A stretch of DNA of 64,000 nt, from the NCBI RefSeq assembly GCF_032444005.1, contig NC_091283.1, positions 823,112,001-823,176,000 of the forward strand, in the 5' to 3' direction. The notes under the pieces were generated by a model that was given only the letters and a program-made list of their open reading frames with translations, made no database searches and was not told the DNA's origin. The stretch comes from Ranitomeya imitator (Eukaryota). How positions within the stretch are numbered: the first letter of the stretch is position 1; every line of letters begins with the position of its first letter. A program made the translations under genes and the position numbers. Positions 24,817 through 37,390 of the stretch are shown here, in pieces.

Positions 24817-25050
24817 AAGAAGCAGCAACCCCTGAAGAAGCAGCAACCCCTGAAGCAGCAGCAACCCCTGAAGCAGCAGCAGCAACCCCTGAAGCAGCAG
24901 CAACCCCTGAAGCAAGAACCCCTGAAGAAACAACCCCTGAAGAAACAACCCCTGAAAGAGAAACGCCTGAAGTAGCAGCAACCCCCGAAGAAACAGCACC
25001 CCCTGAAGAAGCAGAAATCCGCTGAAGAAGCAGAAACCCCTGAAGCAGCC
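24817..25050. repeat. 18-bp-unit minisatellite (GAAGCAGCAGCAACCCCT) abutting the Tc1 right TIR
   Basis: Visible tandem units; explains the KQQQPL-repeat ORFs. Confidence 0.9.
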
Positions 25051-26069
25051 CTCCCTCTCTATTACATGTACCTGGGATTGATTTGGAATAAGACTTTTTT
25101 TTATCAATGTGACAATTTATACCCAAATATGTATTTTATTTACCAACGTCATCATGAGCTGCATTACATTACATTACATATCCATAGCACCCACGATGAG
25201 TAAGACGTGAACTCCTGAGATCTGCACTGTCATGCTTTGTCAGACCAGTAGTCACTGGTTATCGGCATAAACAGGAGGGAGGACCTCGAGGTCCAATGTA
25301 CAAATAGTCGAACGCGGGTATATATTCATCTGTTAATAATTAGAAAGGGAAAGTAATCTCTCTTATTACTTTGTCATAAAGATTAAGTTAACTGGGTGCA
25401 AACCTTCACCTGCATCTATCCAGCCGTACACTAATTACCTAATTTCCTTACTTCGGAGGGACATTTATTTTTTGGCTATTAAATAACCCTTCATGACTGG
25501 TCAATTTTTCCATTTTGTGTGCTGTCCTTCACCCTTTCCAAGATCCACAACTTTTCTCTTTCCGCTGACATAGCCTGTGAGGGCTTGTTTTTAGTGGAAC
25601 GAGTTATATTTTAAGATATAATGTACTGAAAAAAAAAAAAAAAAAAGAAAGAAATAAAATTGCAAGTGGGGTGAAATCTTGAAATAAAAGCAATTTCACC
25701 ATAGGTTTTTTCATCTTTGTTTTTTTGTTATTTCAACGTAATGTAAAAAATAACTTGTAAATAGAATTCTCCAAGTCAGCATAATTACAGCAATACCAAA
25801 CTGATTTTAGAAAAAAAGTTCAGAATTTTTATTTTAATTTTTTGAGTACAGAGCCAATGTTTTATTGATACCATTTTGAGGGATTTACCAAATTTCAGTT
25901 GTTTTTCATTACATTTTTGCATGAAGTGAAGAAGCTAGAACAACTATTCTAGAGCTTTGATTTTTTTTTTCTTTCGTGATGATTAATGTATATAGTTTAA
26001 ATAAATTTTCAATTTTGATAGTTCTCAATTTTATAATCATGACTTTTTTTTTAATTACATTATTTTTTA

Positions 26070-29000
26070 GTTGTTTTTTTTGTTTTTTAGACTTTGGACA
26101 CTCACATACACAAACCACAAAAATGGTTTGATTTTTTTTGGATCCCATTTAGTGATAGGCGAACATGCTCGGATAAGGCTAGACTACCACAGGTACGGGT
26201 GCTATTAGTGGAAACCACGGATAACGCTCGTACACAAAAATTGGACAAGATAAAAAAAAATAGTAAATAAATATAGTTTTCATTCATGTTCCATCATTCG
26301 TGTTGGAAGAGGTGAGGCTTGACAAGGAGAGCGTGGTCTTCACTAAGGGGAGAACATCCTTTTGGCTAAAATCAAGTGTCTGTACCTATACTAATAGGAT
26401 GGAAACAATTTCCATGTGTTCTATTGATTTATGGAAAGAAAATACAAACAACGGTTACGCTGATAATCCAGCAGTTTAAAGCAGTAACCGAAGCAAAGCC
26501 GGATCCAGATTCCTAAACAAACATTTATTTTCTACATCTACACGAAGCTTCCAAGCCAATGTCAATTCTAGATATAACAATCGATCCTCGCTAATAATTA
26601 ATCCATTCATGCTGCACAAGGAGTTGGACTATAGTTCTTGGATTATACCCAAGAACATGTATTACAATTTTAGTGAAAAAAACAGACAAGATGCCTTAGA
26701 GGGATTTTCCTATCTCCAAGATCCTATCCCAATGTGTAGTAGGTATAATAATAATATTAGTAAATATTTACAATTAGAAAAGTAGTATAGTTCTTCTGAT
26801 TCGCTATGTCGCTTACCCCATGTGCAGGGCATTGCAGTAGCATAGGTATCCATGGTTATGACCACAAACAACTATCTTTCACTATAGTAACCATGAATAC
26901 CTAAGCTACTGCAATGCCCTGCAAAGGGGGGAATCAGGAGAACTATACTATATTTCTAATTGGAGGTATTAGCTATTATTACACCTACTAAATATTGGGA
27001 TAGGATCTTAGAGATGGGAATACCCCTTTAAGGTCCACTCCTAATTTTGTCTTAGAATGTCCACATTTTTTTTTCTATTATCATTTTCCAGGAGCCAGAA
27101 TTGATTGACAAAATAAAATCATCGACATTGCTGTACAGGGCTTTTTTTTGTGTGGAATGAGTTGTCAGTGGTACCATTTTTCGGGGCAGGAGGGGAACAT
27201 ACAATCTAATACTACAAACAGCAATTCTGCGGTTATTCTTTTTTTCTTTATATTTTACGTTTTTCATCAGCTGCACAAATAAGGTATTACATTTGGTCTC
27301 GCCAAGATTGTGCTGACCCAAAGAACAAAGTTATGTAGTTTTACTTACCGTATGTTTTATTATTTTTGTACAATACTCAAAATATCTTTTGTTTTTGTAT
27401 CACCATATTCTAGAAATCACTACTGTAGTTAGTCCTCATGTAGCTCGTTTGATGGGAACGTGTCTATTTTTTGTGGTTTTCCTTGTTCCCATTTTTGGGA
27501 CTTTTTAATTACTCTATTACTTATTTCCTTAAAGAGGGGGTCTCCACTATTAAACAGATTAATCTTAAAGGGAACCTATCCTGTCCCCAAATGCTATTGA
27601 CCTGCAAGGTATAGGGTTAATCTGCAGGTATACAGCGATGCAATGATGCCCTACTAAAAGTGCGGCTACTGGGAGAAGATTAACTTTATTCCTCCCAGGA
27701 GCCGCCAGCATTAAGTCATAGAGGCGAGAATGGAATGGCTACAGTCATCATACAGTAAACGTGGCTACAACCACGCCCCGACACTTTGATTGACAAGCAG
27801 TTAATGTGCCGGGATGTGCAGAAAGCCATTGCTCATAGTATAGTGAGGGGTGACAGTACCCGCTCCATACATGACTATGACTGAAAGACGGCAGCTCCTG
27901 GGAGGAATAAAGTTCATTTTCTCCCTGTAGCCGCATTTTCAATACTGCAGCCGGACAACATTGGAACGTTGTTAACCTACAGATTAACCCCAATAGCTGC
28001 AGGTTAATATTGTTTGGGGACAAGACAGGTTCCCTTTAATGGGACAAGGACAAAAACTCATCCACCACAGGGTTGTCACATTAGGTCTGACCTCCAGGAC
28101 CCCTCCCAACCATCATATTAAAGGGTTGCAGCACGTCATCTTTGTGAACATAGGCACACAGGTTCATCAGTACGAGTCCATGTTTGCCATTGCTGCCTCT
28201 CTCCTTAAGTCCCATATATTTCAAGAAGAGGCCATCAATGATACAATTTTGGAAATAGGGATTTTTGTGTAAAATCCTTTTCTCCGAGCCACTCATTGGG
28301 GACACAGGACCGTGGGGTGTATGCTGCTGCCACTAAGTAAATACAAAAAAGGTTAGCCCCTCCTCTGTAGTATACACCACACACTGGCGCCTGAGAGAAC
28401 CAGTTTAGTGACCAAGCAGTAGGAGATTAACAAAAATTTAACCGTATGTACAACATGTCAACTACTATAACACTCATCATAGGCAACAAGCCAAAGAAGG
28501 GTGGGTGTTTCCCCCAATGAGTAGCTCGGAGAAAAGGATTTTATGGTGAGTACACAAAAATCCCTATTTCTCCATTGCCTCATTGGGGGACACAGGACCG
28601 TGGGGTATCCCAAAGCAGTTCCTGGGTTGGAAATAACATAACAGTGTAAACTCACGGCGCCTGCTGTCTAAAGGGGCGCTACTGCTGCCTGCAGAATACG
28701 CCTACCCAGGCTTGCATCTGCAAAGATGACGTGCTGCAACCCTTTAATATGATGGTTGGGAGGGGTCCTGGAGGTCAGACCTAATGTGACAACCCTGTTG
28801 TGGATGAGGTTTTGTCCTGGTCCCATTAAAGGGAACCTGACTTGTCCCCAAACAATATTAACCTGCAGCTTTTGGGGTTAATCTGTAGGTTAATAACGTT
28901 CCAATGTTGTCCGGCTGCAGTATTGAAAATGCGGCTACAGGGAGAAAATTAACTTTATTCCTCCCAGGAGCTGCCGTCTTTCAGTCATAGTCGTGTATGG

Positions 29001-30327
29001 AGCGGGTACTGTCACCCCTCACTATACTATGAGCAATGGCTTTCTGCACATCCTGGCACATTAACTGCCTGTCAATCAAAGTGCCGGTGTGGTTATAGCC
29101 ACGTTTAGTGGATGATGACTGTAGCCATTCCATTCTTGCCTCTATGACTTAGTGCTGGCGGCTCCTGGGAGGAATAAAGTTTATTTTCTCCCAGTAGCCG
29201 CACTTTTAGTAGGGCATCATTGCATCGCTGTATACCTGCCGATTAACCCTATACCTGCAGGTCAATAGCATTTGGGGACAGGATAGGTTCCCTTTAAGAT
29301 TAATCTGTTTAATAGTGGAGACCCCCTCTTTAAGGAAATAAGTAATTAAGTAATTAAAAAGTCCTAAAAATGGGAACAAGGAAAATCACAAAAAATAGAC
29401 ACATTCCCATCAAACGAGCTACATGAGGACTAACTACTGTAGTGATTTCTAGAATATGGTGATACAAAAACAAAAGATATTTTACAACCACTCATATAGT
29501 GAAAGTTAGTTGTTTGTGGTCATAACCATGGATACCTATGCTACTGCAATGCCCTGCACATGGGGTAAGCGACATAGCGAATCAGAAGAACGATCCAACA
29601 CTTCTAATTGTAAGTATTTACTAATAGTATTATTATACCTACTACACATTGGGATAGGATCTTGGAGATAGGAAAACCCCTCTAAGGCATCTTGTCTGTT
29701 TTTTTTTGTTAGTTTTTTTCACTAAAATTGTAATACATGTTCTTGGGTATAATCCAAGAACTATAGTCCAACTCCTTGTGCAGCACGAATGGATTAATTA
29801 TTAGCGAGGATCGATTGTTAAATCTACAATTGACATTGGCTTGGAAGCTTCGTGTAGATGTAGAAAATAAATGTTTGTTTAGGAATCTGGATCCGGCTTT
29901 GCTTCGGTTACTGCTTTAAACTGCTGGATTATCAGCGTAACCGTTGTTTTTATTTTCTTTCCATAAATCAATAGAACACATGGAAATTGTTTCCATCCTA
30001 TTAGTATAGGTACAGACACTTGATTTTAGCCAAAAGGATGTTCTCCCCTTAGTGAAGACCACGCTCTCCTTGTCAAGCCTCACCTCTTCCAACACAAATG
30101 ATGGAACATGAATGAAAACTATATTTATTTATTTTTTTATCTTGTCCAATTTTTGTGTACGAGTGTGATCCGTGGTTTCCACTAATAGCACTCGTACCTG
30201 TGGTAGTCTAGCCTTATCCGAGCATGTTCGCCTATCACTAAATGTGATCCCAAAAAAATCAAACCATTTTTCTCCTAAGTGTGTATGTGAGTGTCCAAAG
30301 TCTAAAAACAAACAAAAAAAAAAAAAA
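26070..30327. repeat. Long inverted duplication: arms ~26070-28144 and 28721-30327, spacer 576 bp
   Basis: The right arm is the reverse complement of the left (e.g. 28090-28144 vs 28721-28775; 26081-26300 vs 30110-30310). It differs by scattered substitutions and lacks ~490 bp (left 26887-27378). T2 MITEs are present in both arms. Confidence 0.96.
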
Positions 30328-32078
30328 CAGATGCCTTAGTATGGACATTATAATGCTTTGAGAAAGTGTGCAGGCTAGACCAGGTCACAGCTTTGCAAAC
30401 TTGCTCTGCAGACGCTTGATTCCGAATGGCCCAGGAAGCATCCACCGACCGAGTGGAGTGTGCCCTCGAATGGCCCAGGAAGCACCCAATGACCGAGTGG
30501 AGTGTGCCCTATGCCCGCTGGAATAGGCTTGGCTCTGATGCGATAAGCCTCTTGAATAGTCGACCGAATCCATCTGGCGATTGTCGACTTAGAAGCGGCC
30601 AGTCCCTTCCAGTGTCCTGCCGGGAGCACAAACAGAGCTTCTGTCTGTCGAAAAGATGCCATCCTAGACAACTACTTTCTGAGAGCCCTTACAAGATCCA
30701 GGGAGTGAAGAGCCTTCTCCACGTGGTGCGCTGGAGCAGGACAACACAAAGGAAGTACGATATCCTCGTTAAGGTGGAAGGAAGACACCACCTTTGGAAG
30801 AAAGATGGTCTCGGTGGAATGTAAGAAACGGCGTCCGACAGGAAAGGGCAGCCAACTCCGAGACTCATCTGATCAAAGTAACAGCGACAAAAAAAGCCAC
30901 CTTCCATGAGAGGAGAGATAGAGAGATGTCCTGCAGTGGCTCAAAGGGAGATTCCTGCAGAACGCCTAGGATCAGATTAAGGTCCCAAGCCTCTAGAGGT
31001 GCTCTATAGGGAGGCACCATGTGGGAGACTCCCTGAAAGAGCGTTCTCACCTGGGGTTTGGAAGTAATTTTACGCTGGAAAAGGACTGACAAAGCTGAGA
31101 CCTGCCCCTTAAGGGAGCTCGGCGATAGCCTCAAGTCCAGACCGGATTGAAGGAATTCCAAGATGGTAGGGATGTTGAAAACCAACAGAGTGCGACCTCT
31201 ACTTCTGCACCATTCAAAGAAGGTCTTCCATGTCCGATGATAGATGTGCGATGACACCGGCTTTCGAGCATTGATCAAGGTGGAAACTACTTCGCGGGAA
31301 AAGCCTGCTTGAGTCAGAACCCAGGATTCAATGGCCAAGCCGTCAAACACAGGGCCCCTGAGTTCTGGTGGTAAATCAGACCCTGAGAAAGCGGATCCGG
31401 ACGATCTGGTATTTGCCAAGGAACATCTGCGATGAGTTGGACCAGCTCTGCTACCACGCCCGGCGAGGCCAATCCGTAGCGATGAGAATCACCGGCATGC
31501 CCTGATCTTCCCGATGACTCTCGGAAGCAAGGGCAGGGGAGGAAACAGATAAGGAAGACGAAACTGACTCCAAGGAAGGACCAGCACGTCCACCCCGATT
31601 GCCCTTGAGTCCTAAGACCAGGCCACAACCTGAGGTACCTTGGCATTAAACCAGGAAGCCATCAAGTCTACGTCCGGAATACCCCAATGAAGGCAGATTT
31701 GTTGGAAAATGTCCTGATGGAGAGACGACTCTCCTGAGGCAAGACCTTGACGGCTTAGGAAGTCCGCAGCCCAATTTTCCACTCCTGGAATTTGAATGGC
31801 CGATATGACCGAGTGGTTGTTTTCGACCCAGCGAAGAATGTGATGACCTCGCGCATTGCAGCCCTGCTGCGGGTGCCCCCCTAATGATTTATATAAGCCA
31901 CAGCCGTGACATTGTCCGACTGGATACGGATAGGGTGGCCTGCTAGGAGATGATGGAACCGCTTCAGGGACAGCCAAATTGCACGGATCTCCAGGATATT
32001 GATTGGAAAGTGAGACTCGTGATGAGACCAAGTCCCCTGTGCAGTGTGATGGCGAAAAACAGCTCCCCAGCCGAGGAG

Positions 32079-32869
32079 TGTTATGGACCTGGTGGTTAGG
32101 AGCACCTGGAACGACCTGATGGTTAAACTGACACAGAACAACCTCTGGGAAGTGGGAGCTCTGCTGACCGCAACCCCTAATCCTATCACACACACTAGAA
32201 ATAGCCGTGGAGCGTACCTAACAGGCCTAGACGCCTCTTCACAGCCTAAGAGCTAACTAGCCCTAGAGATAGAAAATAAAGCCTACCTTGCCTCAGAGAA
32301 ATTCCCCAAAGGAAAAGGCAGCCCCCCACATATATTGACTGTGAGTTAAGATGAAAGTCACAAACACAGGAATGAAACAAGTTTCAGCAAAGGGAGGCCA
32401 GACTAACTAAACAGACTGAGGATAGGAAAGGTATCTTTGCGGTCAGCACAAAAAACTACAAAAGACCACGCAGAGTGTGCAAAAAGACCTCCGCACCGAC
32501 TCACGGTGCGGAGGTGCCACTCTGCATCCCAGAGCTTCCAGCTAGCACAGCAAAATCATGATAGCAAGCTGGACAAGAAAAAGAACAAATAATAAACTAG
32601 CAGGGACTTAGCTTCTGCTGGAGTAGACAGGTCACCCGTAAGATCCAAGAGCGAACTGAACCAGTAGAAGAACATTGACAGCTGGCATGGAATAACGATC
32701 TGAGTGGAGTTAAATAGAGCAGCCAGCCAAAGAATAAACTACGTCACCTGTGGAAGGAACCTCAGAAGCAGCAGCTCCACTCACAGCCACCAGAGGGAGT
32801 CCATGGACAGAACTCGCCGAAGTACCATTCATGACCACAGGAGGGAGTTCGATAACAGAATTCACAACA
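32079..32869 (-). mobile_element. Gypsy solo LTR (sister family of the 550-8037 element) inserted in DIRS RNase H
   Basis: TGTTA...CAACA, 791 bp. Shares blocks with the other LTR (GCCTCAGAGAAA..CCCCAAAGGAAAAGGCAGCCCCCCACATAT, AGAATTCACAACA). TSD GAGGAG at 32073-32078 and 32870-32875. Confidence 0.93.
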
Positions 32870-34233
32870 GAGGAGGCTACCAGCCAATGGACTGGGAGGA
32901 AGGACTTCTCTTGGAGAAGAGAGGTCTGGATCGTCCACCATTGGAGAGCCTGCTTGACCAGAGGGGTCAGAGGACACGGTTGGTCGAGGAAAAAAGGACT
33001 CCCATCCCATGCGTTCAACAGTGTGTGCTGAAGGGGACGAAGATGCAGTTGCGCAAACGGAATTGCCTCCATTGCTGCCACCATCTTCCCGAGAATCCTC
33101 ATGCCGAAACGGATGGAACAGGGAGACGGTTGATGGAGCTTCTGGACCCCGTGTTGAAGAGCTAGGACCTTGTCCCGAGGGAGAAGCACCAACCCTCGGG
33201 AAGTGTCCAAAGTCATGCCCAGAAAGGAGATCCGCTGAGCTGGGACAGGAGACGACTTTTTCTTTTAAGTTGATCAACCAGCCCAGCAGAGAAAGAGTAT
33301 CCAAGGAAATGCGGACACACTCCTCGCAGGCTTGGAAAGATGGGCCAGACCTTTGACCAGTAAGTCTAGATAGGGGAGCACGACTAGACCTTGAGCATGT
33401 AGGATGGCCATGACCGCCGCCATGACTTTTGTGAAAACTCTGGAGGCGGTGGCGAGGCCGAAAGGTAAGGCCGTGAACTGAAAGTGTTCCCCGCGGACAG
33501 CAAAGCAACATTTGGGGAGGCTGGAAGATTGGGATGTGAAAATACGCATCCCGAATGTCGATGGAGGCTAAGAACTCGCCTTGCTTCATCGAGGCGATGA
33601 CGGAACAGAAGACTCCATCCTGAAATGTCGGACTTTGACAAATCTGTTTAAGAGTCTTAGGTCCAGGATGGGTGACGAAACAGGAGAAGGCGTCCGCCTA
33701 CTCTGGATGTGATTGCGAGTCATTTAGTTGAAGATCTTTGGGGTCTGGATCCCCTGGATCTAGACTGCAAGGGGCAGCCCCTCCAGGAGTGGTTGGGATT
33801 GTACGAGGCCTGTGGGCTTTTGTCTCTGTCTCGATGCCCCGAACCAGGGGAACTGGCCGTAGAGGACCATCCGTAATTGCCACGAAAGGACCGAAAACAA
33901 GCCTGCGGCTGTCGGCAGAATGGTTGTCTAAATCTCTGCTGGGGAAGGGAAGTACTTTTCCCTCCTGTAGCATCCAAAATCAGTTCGTCCAGCTTTTCAC
34001 CAAATAAGCAGCCACTGAGATAGGGAAGGGATGTTAGGGCTTTTTAGATGCAGAGTCCGCTCGCCAGTTTCTCAGGCATAGTGCCCTTCTGATCGCCACA
34101 GCGTTTGAAGCTGTAAGTGCAGAGCAGTTAGCCGCGTCCAGGGAAGCATTTACTAAGTAATCACCAGCCAAGGAAATTTGATTAGCTAGCTCCGCTATGT
34201 CAAGAGGGGAGATCACTCTTCTGTAAGGCCTTA

Positions 34234-34567
34234 GGCTATGTGCACACGTCAGGATTTCTGGCAGAAATTTTCCGGACAAAAACCGGACATTTCTGCCAGA
34301 AATCCGCATGCGTTTTTACCGCGATTTTACCGCGTTTTTTTCCCAATGCATAGAATAGCAGGAAAAATGCGAAAAAACCTGCAAAATTAATGAACATGCT
34401 GCTTTTTTCGCGATGCGTTTTTTTTGCGGAAAAAAACGCATCATGTGCACAAAAATTGCAGAATGCATTCTAAATGATAGGATGCATAATGCATGCGTTT
34501 TAATGAGTTTTTATAGCGTTTTTATCGCGAAAAAACGAGAAAAAAACCTGAACGTGTGCACATAGCC
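34234..34567. mobile_element. PIF/Harbinger-type MITE in DIRS gag
   Basis: GGCTATGTGCACACGT...ACGTGTGCACATAGCC, flanks TTA and TCA. Confidence 0.85.
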
Positions 34568-37390
34568 TCATGCAGAGAATCTGCACAAAAAGTCACAGCT
34601 TTGGCTACCCAGGTAGCTGCAAAAGAGGGAAAAAGTGCCGAGCCTGATGCCTCAAAAACTGAATGGGCGAGGCTGTCAACCAGGCGATCCGTGGGATCTT
34701 TGATGGAAGATCCATCCGGCAAGGCCAGAGAGTTTTGGAGGACCAACGGGAAACAGGAGGATCCACAGGAGGGGATTCTGTCCATTGTTTGCGGAGGTCA
34801 GGGGAGAAAGGATATCTGGACTAGAGATCTCTGACCTGCAAAGCGTTTGTCCGGACGCTCCCTATGTCGCCGAAGTATGTCCTGGAACTCCGGGTGATTG
34901 GCAAACACACTATGAGGGCGCCTTTTCCTTTTGAAGGACACCAAATTATCCGTGTGGGAAGTTGCAGGTCCCTCGTTGACCTGTAGTGACTGGTTGACGG
35001 CCTCAATGAGACTATCTATAGTAGTCTGATAACCTGGTGACTCTAGATCAAGGTGTCCCTCAGACTCCAGTTTGCAGTCATGGTCGCTATAGGCGCCTGT
35101 AGAGGGAGAGCGGGAAGCAGAGCTAACGGACGCCGAGGCACCGGAAGGCCTGGGGGACAAGCTATGAACCCACTTCCTAGATGCCGGCTTGTGTCTAGAA
35201 TGAGAGCGGCACTTGCAGGCCGATGATTCCCCTGCTGTAGGGGAATTTTCTTGGGCAGGCAGATTAGTGGTCCTGCTCCTGGATGGACTCGATCACTTTA
35301 GTCAAGGAAGCCATAGTTTGTGAGAGTGACAAAGCCAACTCAGGGGGACTGGTCACCGCTTGGTAGCGCAGCATGACAGGAGGTGCAAGAAGTGAAAAAC
35401 ACTGTATGTGTTTTAGAAAAAACTTTTTAGAGGTTTTAGGTAGAGACATGTTGAACCTTGTTAACCTCCAAAGGAGCTGCAGGGATGTTGCGGCTGAAAA
35501 ATTAGCAGAGCACTTTATGTGCGACTGTCTCAGTCGGCTATATAAGGGGGGACCTGCGGTAGTGTGGCAGAGCACTTACCCAGGTCCTGTGCCCGTGTCT
35601 CAGCGGAGCAGCCTGTTATTGCGTCCTTTTGCGGCATTAGGGAGGCAGAAGATGGCCGCCGAGATTAGAAGGGTGCTTCACGCAGTGCACGAGAAGAGTC
35701 AAACCGGTGGGCGTGGCCTCGGGCGTGATGCCGCTGTGGGCGGCGCTTTTCCAGCCTGCGGCCTAGCTAAGGCCGGAGCCGAGGGCTAAATTAGTTGAGT
35801 CGGCCACCGATGCACTCGGGAGCCCCCCCCCCACGCCCCGCCGAAAAAAACTCACCACTGAGCTGGGGGATCTGGCGAACTGCAGGGGGGACGGTGCAGG
35901 AACCTTCGATCCACCATCCCCTTTGCTGTGGAGGTGGAGAGGGACCGTCCAGCTCCATGCAGCACTGCTGTTTAAACAGTGGTAGTGCAGAGGGGGAAGC
36001 CAGACGCCATGGCAAGCGGGCCGCTGTGTATCCTAAGGGTTCGATCCCCTAGGATTTCACAGGGCTGTGTTATCCAACGTCGCAGGAGAGGGTACGGGGA
36101 GGCGACACTCGCCGTGCTCGCCTGTGGATGTTTGGGGGAGATCGGCCCCTTGAAAGGATCTGTCGCCTCAGTCTTCCTCTAGCGCAAAAAAGGGTTAAAA
36201 ATAAAAATAAAGAAAGTGTGGTCTGAATGACAGCCCCAGTGTGCCTTCTACGGACACTAAGCTTAAACTGGTTCTATCCGGAGCCAGTGGGCGGTGTATA
36301 CTGCAGAGGAGGAGATAACCCTTTCTGTATTTACTTAGTGGCAGCCTCCTAGTGGCAGCAGCATACACCCACGGTCCTGTATCCCCAACGTGGCGATGGA
36401 GAAAACATCAGCATCAGGACATCGCTGGTGCCCACCAGGTATTGCGCATCCATCACATTAATTAGGATATAACGCATGCACGAGATCTGGCAAGGGGCCA
36501 AAGATGCAACACCGACTGCGCCATCCACTCCCTGACATGGAAGTGACAGGCGGCGGATAACCCCTTTAAATTCCAGTGTAGATTAATAGAACGGTACTCT
36601 TCCAGTGTACCAAGATTGGACGGTGCCTGTCACAAATTAATGAGATCTGAAATGCATCTTTAAAAAAAAAAAATCCACTGTGATCCAGTGACCTTCAGAA
36701 ATTAAATAAACTTTCCATTTCCCAGATTCTCAACAACCTAATATTGTAACACGCATAACACAAAGTCAGAGGATGCATAATGACTGGACATTTCCTTTAT
36801 TTATTGTGGGGGATGGTTCACAAGGAATTGACCAATTTATACCACGATATCCAACTATGACTTGTATCTAAGTAGTCCGTATTCAGACGGCCACAGATTT
36901 CCCCCTTACACCAAGCAGCAGCACCATTATTTTCACTGTTGGGATGCTCATTGATAGAGGGATGTTCATAGTTAGGAATGGCTGAAGATGTGCCAGCGGA
37001 CCCAGAGGTGGACTCTCCCCATTGTCATTGAGGGATAAGTATTTTAAATTAAACATAATTTCCTAAAAGATGATTATTGTAATTATGGCCACTCCAAAAA
37101 AATGCCCACAAAGGTGAATATAACCCAGAACAACGTGCTGCTTTTCTCCTTGATGCAGAGGAGTATGTCCGCACATCACCGCACTGGATCACCGTCGATT
37201 TCCCCTCAATCGTTTCTTCACCCAGAGTGGACAAGCAGAACCCAGAACCCAGAATCCATCACGCAGTCGCATCCACACCGGGGCTCGGCCTCCATTTCCC
37301 CAACCGCCAGTCAGCGCCAGGAACCAAACCAATCTTCTCTGTGTTGATGCAACACCACATTCATTCTCTGCGGCTCCATGGGAGGTGGTT

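Larger units (their letters stand above)
28253..36404 (-). mobile_element. DIRS1-type tyrosine-recombinase retrotransposon, degraded and multiply interrupted
   Basis: Left ITR starts TTTCTCCATCGCC at 36404. Right ITR plus extension at ~28253-28400, ICR at ~28510-28605. Minus-strand gag (~35460-33700), RT (IDIRDAYFHIPI, ALPFGLATA, PYLD), RNase H (INILEIRAI, IQSDNVTAVAYINH), MT-like (DVDLMAS..N.K) and YR (SALSVLFQ, WDLNLIL, HSTR, W.S..TF.KHY). Confidence 0.94.

Noticed and set aside
24718-25126. Low-complexity Q/K/P or L/Q-rich ORFs
   Set aside because: They are products of the 18-bp minisatellite next to the Tc1 TIR.
26070-30327. Inverted repeat as an assembly or chimeric-read artefact
   Set aside because: The arms differ by many substitutions and a ~490-bp deletion, and the insert cleanly splits a DIRS ORF. 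Read-level confirmation is still desirable.
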